Position numbers and translations under genes: made by a program. Shown one piece after another: positions 39,275 to 50,544 of a stretch of 64,000 bases of DNA. This DNA comes from Phoronis australis (taxonomy: Eukaryota; Animalia; Phoronida). Numbering within the stretch: position 1 is the first letter of the stretch; each line of letters starts with the position of its first letter. The notes under the pieces are model-generated. The model was not told where the DNA came from, made no database searches, and saw only the letters and a program-made list of their open reading frames with translations. The stretch covers positions 1 to 64,000 of the forward strand of contig NMRA01000989.1 in assembly GCA_002633005.1 (NCBI GenBank), in the 5' to 3' direction.

Positions 39275-40267
39275 CAGTGGCGGATCTAGGATATCACAAG
39301 GGGGGGGGCAACATTTTGTCCGGCTGGAAGCATTTGCGCAAACTGAACCACGATTGTAAATGCGCATAGCACCGAATGGGGGGAGGTCGCCCAGGAAATT
39401 TTTCGGTTTTTACCTCTAAAAATCAAGCATTTTCCTTGATTCCTGATGTATTATCCAAGAAAAAAAAGCAAAAAAAAAAAAAAACGGAGAACGTGTCTAA
39501 CAGGAAAAAAATGCAAGCATCAAAGACTCGAACTCACGACCTGGCGGATAGAGCGCGCGTACTTTAGAACTACACCACCACGGTTTAACTACAACTTCCA
39601 TACTAAAAGACATACTTGTTTATGGGCCACAGCGTTTGCGCGCGAAACCTACTTCTTTTTGTAATGCTTATTACACGTTTTATATTTTGTGCCATCAATT
39701 CTTAACAAATCTGTCGTATTTGAAATAGTCTTCAAATGCCCAAAAGACCAACAAATCCATTTTTCGTGATGGCAATAATGACGGGATTGCTTTGGAAACC
39801 GTCTTAAGATAAGGTTTGACAAAGAGAGTATTGCGAGTTTCTGAGTGATTCTCTAAGGCTTCGATTAAAATTCACATCTTACCAGCAGCTTCTGTTTTTT
39901 CATCGTCACTCAGGTTCCATTTTCTTTAAAAAATGTAAATTTTCTCCATTGCACAGTGGAGCAGACGACGGAAACGGAGTTGTAGCGCACAGCGCCGCTA
40001 CCGGTCGCCTAGGATATCGCGGGAGATTCTATACTTAGCCATAGTTCCGTCACGAACGCGCCGTGTTCCGAATTTGACACTTGAAATTGGATTTGAGCCC
40101 CCCCCCAACACTAAAACTGCACACATTTAAATCTTTTTTCATCCGTATAATGTTAATTACCGGGGTTAATTAATAAACTCACCATTTCCCTACGCTCTTA
40201 CTGTTTTATTTTTTTTGCGGCAGCCAAGGGGGGGGGGGGGCCCGGGCCCCCCCTAAATCCGCCTATG
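39275..40267. mobile_element. Non-autonomous hAT-like element with 5-bp TSD (TGTTG)
   Basis: TIR CAGTGGCGGATCTAGG...CCTAAATCCGCCTATG, poly-G subtermini, TGTTG at 39270-39274 and 40268-40272. Confidence 0.85.
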
Positions 40268-43200
40268 TGTTGGCCGTGGTTTAGATTTACGACCAGATAG
40301 TTGACCGGGCTTATGTGACAATTGCCCGAAACCTTGGCAAGTTTTCGGTAATGATTTTGCCAGAGTCTTTCAGGTATTTGGGAAATGAGCAAACGACCGC
40401 GGGCGGAATCAGTGTCCGAATTTCGTCAGCAGCTACGCCAAAATTTACGTCATCGATGACGTCAACTTTTTAATGCTGCTGTAAACGTTACTACACGTGT
40501 TCTGGTGGTAAAGCAGTTTTTCACAGGAGTATTTGCCCTTCCAAAATAACCACTTATCCTTATGGGTTGCACCCATGAGACTGGAATTAATCTTCGCTAA
40601 CCATGCCTTGGGGACTGAAACCACTCCACCTCAACTGTGACATGCACATTAATGTACGTAATAGAGTCGGATTGTAAACAATAAGCCTGATCTGAAGCAA
40701 TAGCGCCCTCAGTGTCAGTTCCCCTCAATGTGAGAAATCACTTGAAATCCGATAGGAGACCGATGGCTGTACAGCAAGTGGCCTAAATCATCTTGTTTCT
40801 GATACTAAGACCACACTGGGGTCATCATAAAAAAATCGTGACGGTTAGTAGGATCAGTTTGACAGAATAAATAAACCTTTCTAATGACATGTAATACAGT
40901 ACGATTTTTAAGAAATAACAATATTGACAAAAGCACACCAAACCAAATATGCCAATTTTTGATTACTTAAACTGGGCTCCATAAGCCACGTTTTAGAAAT
41001 CTAAAAAAGGATTTGTGACGACAAGATGTAATGTTCCAAAGAGGAATTAAAAAATCAATGGTGTGAAACAATATTATTAAATAAAAAATTATAAAAATGC
41101 TGAAAGTGGCACATGGATTTGCTAACTTGTTGACAGATTACCCAATAATTTGACATCAATTTTTTACTTAGAAAAGTGTCACAAGGACTCATTTGATCAG
41201 GTTTGATGAGTTGACTAACCATGAGACTCACTCTAATAGAACTTCTAATGATATTTTCTGTAGCTCTATTCATAAAACTGCACTTCGTCCTGTTTAGTTG
41301 GTTAAAAAACGAATATAGAATTAGGCTTTTTACTCTCTCACACAAGGGACCTCATAATACCATGACAGGATTCTATTTCAGTCACAGGTAATGTGATGAG
41401 AATGTCACACCTGTACATCATTGTTGAAATCAGTGTGAGTGTTGGTCTTAAATCTTGAAGATGGCAATGAACAGTCAACAACTTGCAGTTTAAAACGTTT
41501 GGTGGTAATAGTCAGATAAAACATGCCTGAATTTTGATAATCACTTTTCTCCACTGAATAACAGGCATTAAACTGATTCTCAAAATGTTATGTGGGACTA
41601 TTGCCTCTTCCACTTTCACAAACACCATAGTTTTTAATGCCACCCTCATGGACAGCTTTGATACACATTTAACTACACAAGATCATAGATTCAGTCACAT
41701 GAAAAACATACCTGAAATCTAAATCATATTATTCAACAAAACACTAGGCGAATCGATATCTGTATTTCAGCAATTTTTCTTTACATATCTTTCAATGTAT
41801 TAAGTAAATAAAGTTGTGTAATATTATATAAAAATAAGCAAGCATAAACAAGAAAACAAGATTAGTAAAGGACATTTTAAGAAAGTAAAATAAAATAAAA
41901 TAATAAAATATTAAATAACAGGTCTGTTGATACTTTTAAATATAAAAATACTTATCACACAGAACTGCATTAAAAACCCTTGACAGGTGCCATGCTGTCA
42001 AACAATGATTGACAGGATGAGTGGCAGTACAATAGAGTTCTATCAATCTATAACATTAATCTTGGAGATCAATGTATTCAAACTTGATAATAACAAATTT
42101 AGGGATTGTCCACACAACTGTCAAAATGACAAAAATGTACGCTGGAGGACCTTTACTATAGTCAGTAACAGGACACTTTACAAAGATAAGTTAAAGTGAT
42201 TTACACTTAGACAAAAATTCACACATTTTTGAGGTGTTTGGAAGGGGTGGGGGTTGCTAAAAGATTTCTTTATGACTCTTTTGAAAATGTCCAAACATAC
42301 AAAATATTCCTTAACTCGTCCTCCAACAGCAGCTATTGCAAACCAAAGGCCACTGACTGTGGGTATGGCATTGTTTCAACAGAATATATATAGTTGTCTT
42401 GCCAACTCAGCTATGAAGGTTTGGCATTCTGGGTAAACCCCTTTTATAAAAGTGGGCTAAGCATAAGGAGTTGACAGAATATGAATAAACAGATGATTAT
42501 TTGATGAAATACATTAAGCTTACCTTGGAAAGTAGAAGGAAAATCATGTTTTTCATGTTCAAGCTGATATGACTAGTTGCAAAATGTCTGGACATAAAAC
42601 TCTACTCCTGCATGAAAAGTCAGAATAATTGGCAATTTTAAAAAGCACTATAGCTACATTTTACAAGACGACTAGACAAGAAAATGGACATAGAGTGCAA
42701 TATGAATAAACATTGTAAAACATGTATAAATTAAATAGAAAAAATAGAAAAATATAAATATAAAAACTACTGAAGACTACTACTGAAAAATCAGAACAAA
42801 CATACAATGAAGTGGTCAAAAACATATTTCTGAACAAATACGTCATGACTGTAATCTATAATGGCACTTCCAAAAAGGAATGCTTGTGAAATGCAATCCA
42901 ACAAAATTCACAATGTTTGGGTTAAGAGGGCAAATATACACTATACAAAAGTTATTTCCCTTTTTATTTTTAACAAAACTGCTGCTCTCTCTGCTCCGTC
43001 AAATGTCTGTAACATAACACAATGTGAAACTAAAATCTGTGCTCAAGTTTCAACTCCAAGCACTTCACAGCAGTTCTGGATTTCACAGAGATAAAGGTTT
43101 GCATTTTGATATTATATAGAGTGGCAAAAGATACCTATCAAAGCAAGAACTCGCTATTGTTTGGTAACACACTCGCAAAATGGCTACCACAGAAAGTGGT

Positions 43201-44007
43201 TAGATGGCTGGATGTTAAATTATGGGAGGAAATGGGATGCAATCACCATGAAAACTCTACTAACGAGACAGGTGTTTTGCAAATACACGGTGTTGTTGAA
43301 TGCTCCTGTGATCAAAGGCAAAACCTCAAGATGCAACAAATTTATCATGATACCAAAGAGATCATTATGTTGAAAATGCCAATCTTAAATTTCATGACGG
43401 GCATTGAGTGCAAACCATCAAAATTAACTAATAAATAGTCAAAATGTCATAAAAATGGTGATCCAACCGAGAAGCATGCATGTGTACCGGACCGCCTTCA
43501 ATTATTTTTTAGTCAAAATGTTCATATCATTTCGCATCAAAGAAAGAATCTGTGTTAAAAATTTCTGCACCTTTCTTTACGGTGTTCTCTTTAACGGGAA
43601 ATTCAAACTCAACTGGAATTGCAAAATTCATGGACGTGTTCAAACACCATGTCCATACTTTGGGGAGTTTGCGGTTGTCAACTCTGGGAATAAATAAGCT
43701 GAATTGGTACCAAAAGTCTAAAATATCGTAATTTACTTGAGGAATGACCAATTTTCCAATACTTCAAACTTGTTGCATAGGTTTTCAGACACTATGCCAA
43801 ATTCGTGGTGACAAAATTCAAACTTGACACAGTAACGAGTTAAATCAGTTGGTGCTGAATGAAAACTGCTTGGCAATAGTTGGACATAACATGCTTGCAT
43901 TTTGAGAACCAGTTTTCTCCACTAAATAACAGACGTCAAACTGGTAATTAAAATGTGGGCACACTATATCTGACTACTTCATGCATCGTCACTTGGAAAT
44001 TTTTTCC

Positions 44008-44133
44008 TTATTTTGTCAACATGTCTAACAGTGACTTTCGCAAAAAGGGGTTTTTAACAGAATCTTTTATAACAGTAGACAGCACTTCAAAGTGGGCACT
44101 CTGATATCGGCTCTTAATACCTTGGATCTCCTT
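44008..44133 (-). CDS. Annexin-like gene terminal exon
   Basis: tttacag|KEIQGIKSRYQSAHFEVLSTVIKDSVKNPFLRKSLLDMLTK*. Confidence 0.83.
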   Translation of the reverse strand, partial: KEIQGIKSRYQSAHFEVLSTVIKDSVKNPFLRKSLLDMLTK

Positions 44134-47100
44134 CTGTAAAACAAAATTAAAAGAAACCCAGTCACATGACATTCTTTTAGCACTAACGTCTTCTAACCAT
44201 AAGAGCTAATGTTATGTCTTGAGGATAACTTGATGCTGAAATACTCATTACCATTTTTAAGCACAATCAAGCATTGCTTGGCACTTGTCAAAAACACGTT
44301 TAGTATTACTTAGTAGCTGAAATGATGTTGCCAACAACACAAGAACAGCATAGATGAAGTTAACAGAATACAAAATATATGGATCTTCAGTACCTCATTT
44401 TGGGACAGGACAATGAAAGCCAGATTGCGCTGTTCTGTAACATCTTGCGACGTCATTAGATTGTGAATCTTCTCTGCGTGGTACAGGTGAGGGCTTCTGA
44501 TTAGTTGAGCTACATACAATACAAAACAGAATAATTGTATTGAAACCTAAAAGATAATTCCAGGATTTTTTAACAGTTTAGCAAATGTTAGGGTGTAAAA
44601 TGACAAAAACTGCATACAACTTTTGTGCTTTTCTGCTCAAAAATTTTGTTTTTGATTTTTGATAGCAGATTTCTTGAGGTAATTCCTAGCGACCTCTTGA
44701 CTATTTTTGTTGTTGCTGCATTCATAACTCAGCTATAAATAGCTTCTATCAGCTTGTGCGAGTCTTTCTTGGAAATCAAAAGGCGAGTGTTGCTGACTAT
44801 TTTAGTTGAGATTTAGCCTCTTGGATGCTCATAGTGCCCTGGTGAGTTTGTCACCCAATTTTGTTCCATACCACCAAAACACTGTGCTTATCAGGCATTT
44901 GGTGTCACAGACTTCTAAGCACCCGTTGGTTGCATGCTCATTCGACTGGGAAACCATATTCACTTTCCGAGGGAGAATACACTGTAGAGGGCATGGTTGG
45001 TTAAAGTCCACGCAGCTGCATAACTATTAAAATTATGAAATGTAAGTGTGCTCATAATGCGTAAGTATGCTGATGAAGGTGCATCAGACTATGACCAGTC
45101 GTGTCTGCATCTAGATACCTGAGTTGGAGTCCAAAGCAGGCTTCAAGCTGCTAACCACTAAATGGATTCCAAAAACATTTCTTCCCAGGCTCTGAACTAT
45201 GCTGTATTTATCCTTAGTTAGGATGGCTCTGAACTATGCTGTATTTATCCTTAGTTAGGATGGCTCTGAACTATGCTGTATTTATCCTTAGTTAGGATGG
45301 CTCTGAACTATGCTGTATTTATCCTTAGTTAGGATGGCTATTATTGACAGACTAATACCAAGACACTTATTGTGAATTACTGATTAAGTAACACTGATAA
45401 GTGCCTACACTTTATTTAGTGGCATATTTCCAACTCAAGTGAAATTATGACAAAAAAAAATTCAACCACCAACACATTTGCCAAAGTTACAGTTCCAATA
45501 TATTGTGAGATTTGCAGTTGAATCTGGGCTGAATCACAAAAAGCCATGGAGTTAAGTGAACAAACTGGCGATAGCAACTTAATTGGCATATCCCTAAGAC
45601 AGGAGTTCAGACATGAAGAAAATGTGACAGCAAAGAATTATCTGTGTTCCTAAAAATTATCCAGTCCAACAATATTTATGTTTCTGTGCTGTGATGAGCC
45701 ATGAATATTGAAGTGTGTGAATCTTGCAATATCCGTGGAATGGTGTAAAGAATAGAGACGAACTTTCATTTTCGACTTGTTGAATACTTTATAAAAATGG
45801 TGTGATTTTAGGCTCTGACATTTGGCTAGACATTGAAAAATCACAGAATTTTTCTTCAACACAGGTGCATACAAAATAAAACTGATAGTAATAAATTTTG
45901 ATATGAATTGTATAGAATGATCAACATTCTAAAACATGTGTAAGATGAAGACAAGCTTTTAAACACAAGTCACAAGTCATTTCAAGAATATATGAGAAAG
46001 ATAGTGCAACTTCAAAGGGCCCTCAAAACAGCATCCCCACGGCTCATATATGGAATGCCAAAATTGTTGATAACACAGTAGAAATGATATATTTGTATGC
46101 AAACAGTTCTATTTTTAAATGCAATGACACAGCCTATACTTTTCAATGACCATTTCTGATTTTGACCGGGTAAAACGGATGTCGCTGCATAATGCATGTT
46201 GCACGGACCACATAAAATACAGTTGAATTCAAAATGAACTAGACAGACTTTGACAGACTTTGTCGAACTTGGATAAACATGTTGATAGCATTATAAGGCA
46301 GTTTAGTTGAACTCTGTCACATGGATAAACATGTTGACAGCATTATAAGGCAGTTTAGTTGAACTCTGTCGCATGGATAAACATGTTGACAGCATTATAA
46401 GGCAGTTTAGTTGAACTCTGTCGCATGGATAAACATGTTGACAGCATTATAAGGCAGTTTAGTTGAACTCTGTCGCAACAAAATAGCGTTTTTGTTGAAC
46501 TTTTGTTGGACTTTAATGTGACGTTAATGTGCTTGGCTGCAAGATATTTTGTTTATATAATACACTTGCACAAAAAGTTCCCACAATTTTGACAACAGAA
46601 ATAAACCAACACCTGTCAAGACTTTGTGGAGAGTTAGCCAGAGTTGAAATGAGTCAATGAAAAATAAATGGACAATAGTTAGTCGCGATTTTGTTAGATG
46701 AAACTTTGCTTAACTGCCACTGACATAAGTGGTTTGATATCCATACAAACACAACTCAAGACACACAACTCAAGACACACAACTCAAGACACACAACTCA
46801 AGACACACAACTCAAGACACGTACCAAATATTAAATATCCAGCTTTAGTTCTTCCCTCAGGGAACTTCTTTTCAATTTCCACGCAAATATCTCTCTGGCA
46901 TTTCTGAAAAAGAGTAACTAGCTTAATCAAATAAAGCTTTTAAATAGCAAGTCCAGAACATATAACAATTAATCTTCCATTGCTAAAAAGATGCAGAATG
47001 CAGCCCTTGCTACTAAGTCATTATTATGCATGTTCAATACAACGTTAGCTCAATTACATGATACAAATTCACTACGATACAAATTCACTACGATACAAAT

Positions 47101-50100
47101 TCACTACGATACAAATTCACTACGATACAAATTCACTACGATACAAATTCACTACGATACAAATTCACTACGATACAAATTCACTACGATACAAATTCAC
47201 TACGATACAAATTCACTACGATACAAATTCACTATTAAGGCCATGCACATGAAAACACTATAAACCCACCATCTGTTACAAAAAACAACTTTTGAATTTT
47301 TTGAAAGACCAAAAGTAACTTTCAAGTAACAAGTTGAGACCAAGTGAGGAGTGATGAGACCAAGTGAGGAGTGATGAGACCAAGTGAGGAGTGATGAGAC
47401 CAAGTGAGGAGTGATGAGACCAAGTGAGGAGTGATGAGACCAAGTGAGGAGTGATGAGACCAAGTGAGGAGTGATGAGACCAAGTGAGGAGTGATGAGAC
47501 CAAGTGAGGAGTGATGAGACCAAGTGAGGAGTGATGAGACCAAGTGAGGAGTGATGAGACCAAGTGAGGAGTGATGAGACCAAGTGAGGAGTGATGAGAC
47601 CAAGTGAGGAGTGATGAGACCAAGTGAGGAGTGATGAGACCAAGTGAGGAGTGATGAGACCAAGTGAGGAGTGATGAGACCAAGTGAGGAGTGATGAGAC
47701 CAAGTGAGGAGTGATGAGACCAAGTGAGGAGTGATGAGACCAAGTGAGGAGTGATGAGACCAAGTGAGGAGTGATGAGACCAAGTGAGGAGTGATGAGAC
47801 CAAGTGAGGAGTGATGAGAGCAAGTGAGGAGTGATGAGACCAAGTGAGGAGTGATGAGAGCAAGTGAGGAGTGATGAGACCAAGTGAGGAGTGATGAGAC
47901 CAAGTGAGGAGTGATGAGACCAAGTGAGGAGTGATGAAAACCAAAAGTTTAATTTAGTTTCTTTGATCATATGACAGAACACAGGCTTATAATCATGTTA
48001 AGAATAATTGAACTTAATTTCATTCATAGCACAAAATATGCAGGTCTTACCCTTAGGAACAATTCCAAGACGGCCTGAATATCGAGTCGATTTCTTTTTT
48101 TTAGCATATGCTGGAACATCCCATCATTTTCAAACAGTTTGTTTTCTGGAATACAGTCCACCATTTTGCTTGAGGTGACTTCCACATCTTCTTGCTCAAG
48201 ATCTGACTCCTGACAGAAAAAAATAGTTCGCAGCCATAAAAAAACAAAGAAGAAACTCAGAAAAATGTATTTTGGTGCTTAAAGTTATACACAATTTAAA
48301 GACAGAGCAAGATTTTTTAAAATTAAGTTTATACATCCAGTTTTTGTCTTAGTATATTCTGTCAAAGGAGTAAGTGAACAAGACTTTGAGATAAGCAAAC
48401 GTAAAATGCCAATGTTTGCATTGATTTATCTCCAGAAGCTGGTGTGTTTTAAAACAAGAAATAGAACTGTAAAACCTGAAGCACTGAAAGCACAGCAGTG
48501 TCAGAAGACTTTCAAAAATGAAAACAGAACAGTTCCCACATCACGGATTGTACTCTCAACAGTCTTTCATGAAGGTAAAAAAGCATTGTTTGAAAGTGAG
48601 GCTGCTAAGTGCTAATGCACTTCTAAGTGGAGTCAGATGTGTGAAGAATGGTTGCCCCATTCAGTTTACTCAGTTTCACACTTGTATTGCGACACTAAAA
48701 CTTTAATAGTATCACAATGACAAATAGCAAACCAACCTTGGCCAAATGTCCTATAGAGGTGGGGTATTATGAGTAAATACCCCTTAAATATGAAATATAG
48801 GGATGGGAAAGGGATTTTGGCACAGTTTTATTAATTGTTTCATGTGAAATGGTGGGTGTGAGAGAGAGTGTGCGTGATGTGTCCATAGAAAAATGTCTTT
48901 GAACTTGTCTGTTGTTTTGCAATAAATGTTTAAAAAGTACCAAAGAATAAAAGAGGGCACTGTGGCATTTCAAGAAGTTGGTATTTTGGCAATATTTTTA
49001 CCCCAAACAGGTCAGACTTTACAGTAAAAGAAGTGAATAGGAACAACATGGTAAAAACTGACTCAATTGTTCGTAAGCTGGCCAATGGCAACAGGAAAAT
49101 AAAAATTCCCTCAAAAAAAAAAACAAACAAAAAACCTACCTCTCTTTGCAGCATTGTACACAGAATGTCCGAAACATCGGCACAGCAAACCTCGGTAATG
49201 GCATCATTTAGACTCCGTGAATACTTCAAAGAGTATTGAACGCAGATATCTTTGAGTTTATCTTCATCGGCAGTACACACCAGCTCGATAACATAAGGCT
49301 CATTTTTGGCTATGAGGCAACTATGGACATAGTCTGCCGTTATGTTCACATAGTTGTCTGCAATATAATACAACAGCGCAACATTCCTGAGTTTGCTCTT
49401 CAATACTGAGAGGTAAAAACAAAAAACGGAAGGGCCACTGTCTACATTGGCCACAGAAATATTCATCTTATGAAAGAATGAAATACAAACTGTACATTCA
49501 CCAATACTTTTTCTATCTATTGCATCTTATTTGCACTCCCTATAAGCAATGGTATGAATTAATGACTTAGCTTTGAACTGGCAAAGTTTGCTTATTGACA
49601 GAAACCACTACAATGATGTCGAAAAGATGACTTACAGATGTGAAACACTGCAGGAATCAGCAACTGTATATTGCATTAAATATTTTGCATAGTTAAGATA
49701 GATATTGATCTATCAAAAAAAAATAGAACTCGTTTTGCGGTTTTCCAATACTTACCTGCCTTGGAATGTTATGTTACACTAAACTACTTCAGAGGCCCAT
49801 TAGCAAATTTAGTATAAAGTACACTATTGATTTTCACTTTTCCTCCCAATATCTGAAGGGCAATATATTTTGTAAAGCTACAAAACAAATTAAGTGAATA
49901 TTAATAAATTTGAAGTGCTAACCTTCTGGGCTTGCAATGACCAATGACAAAAAAAGGAAAATTTTCCAGGTGATGTATCATTCCACAAATAAATAGGTTA
50001 GTGTGATAGAAACACTTTTTGAGTTGTAAAATGTAACTGAAATAAGCGCTTTTTGCACAAAACAGTCAAAATAATGATAAAAAGAGACAAAAACATGAAG

Positions 50101-50544
50101 AAACTGGAAATCAAATAAGAGGAAATCAAAACTAAAGAAGAGGAAATCCTCATAAAAGAAGAAAATTTCAAGCCCAGAATATTGTTGGTTACTTAATTTT
50201 TGAAATGAAACAGTGTGACAAAAGAGACTGCTGATTTAATCAGTTACTCAGTGTCTAATATAAAGTAAAATGATATTTGGAAAACATCTGCTGATTATTA
50301 AAATTCTGTGCTTTTCGAATCTGCATGCCAAGTATGCAATTTCTATTACAATTATTGCCAACAAACAATGAGACATTTATAAAGTCTAACAATCTTGCAC
50401 ACGCAAACCTTTGTTTATCCCACTTGCGAACACATCTTTCCAGTCAACAAAATCATTTGCGGCAAGAAGCTTGCTGTCACTTTCAGCACTGCCACGAGTT
50501 CTTGACTTCTGCTCAACAGTTTTGGACGAGTGGGAGCACCCCAT
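44008..50544 (-). CDS. Divergent annexin-like protein, 293 aa: complement(join(50409-50544,49140-49405,48051-48209,46825-46903,44394-44509,44008-44133))
   Basis: Six open exons with GT-AG sites and matching phases (882 nt). Annexin-repeat patterns: NEPYVIELVCTADEDKLKDICVQYSLKYSRSLNDAITE; MFQHMLKKRNRLDIQAVLELF; QLIRSPHLYHAEKIHNLM...LAFIVLSQNE|KEIQGIKSRY...LRKSLLDML. The last two introns fall at positions typical of annexin genes (phase 1 before 'xKxIR', phase 0 after 'SRSE'). Confidence 0.82.
44394..44509 (-). CDS. Annexin-like gene exon (repeat 4, first part)
   Basis: tgtag|..QLIRSPHLYHAEKIHNLMTSQDVTEQRNLAFIVLSQNE|gtactg. Confidence 0.85.
45188..45338. repeat. 37-bp tandem repeat x4
   Basis: GGCTCTGAACTATGCTGTATTTATCCTTAGTTAGGAT. 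Confidence 0.95.
46270..46477. repeat. 52-bp tandem repeat x4
   Basis: TGGATAAACATGTTGACAGCATTATAAGGCAGTTTAGTTGAACTCTGTCGCA. Confidence 0.95.
46749..46820. repeat. 14-bp tandem repeat x5
   Basis: ACACAACTCAAGAC, abutting the splice donor at 46824. Confidence 0.95.
46825..46903 (-). CDS. Annexin-like gene exon (repeat 3, second part)
   Basis: ttttcag|KCQRDICVEIEKKFPEGRTKAGYLIF-G|gtacgt. Confidence 0.8.
47060..47234. repeat. 16-bp minisatellite x~11
   Basis: GATACAAATTCACTAC. Confidence 0.97.
47335..47937. repeat. 20-bp minisatellite x~30
   Basis: TGAGACCAAGTGAGGAGTGA, near perfect; explains the three long repetitive ORFs. Confidence 0.98.
48051..48209 (-). CDS. Annexin-like gene exon (repeat 3, first part)
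   Basis: ctgtcag|ESDLEQEDVEVTSSKMVDCIPENKLFENDGMFQHMLKKRNRLDIQAVLELFLR|gtaaga. Confidence 0.82.
49140..49405 (-). CDS. Annexin-like gene exon (end of repeat 1 plus repeat 2)
   Basis: ctctcag|..LKSKLRNVALLYY...NEPYVIELVCT...DILCTMLQRE|gtaggt. Confidence 0.85.
49756..49877 (-). pseudogene. Decayed (pseudo)exon of the annexin-like gene, probable remnant of repeat 1
   Basis: Good acceptor (ttttgtag) and donor (CAG|gtaagt), 122 nt. Reads ALQNILPFRYWEE(frameshift)KVKINSVLYTKFANGPLK*FSVT*HSKA; all three frames are closed. Confidence 0.45.
50409..50544 (-). CDS. Annexin-like gene, first coding exon
   Basis: ttttcag|acaaatATG; MGCSHSSKTVEQKSRTRGSAESDSKLLAANDFVDWKDVFASGINK-G|gtttgc. Confidence 0.75.

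Noticed and set aside
45650-45874. Possible extra annexin exon (74-aa minus ORF)
   Set aside because: The gene model is complete and in phase without it; no annexin pattern and no clear donor.
47200-47982. 193-260 aa repetitive ORFs
   Set aside because: Products of the 20-bp minisatellite, open in all three minus frames.
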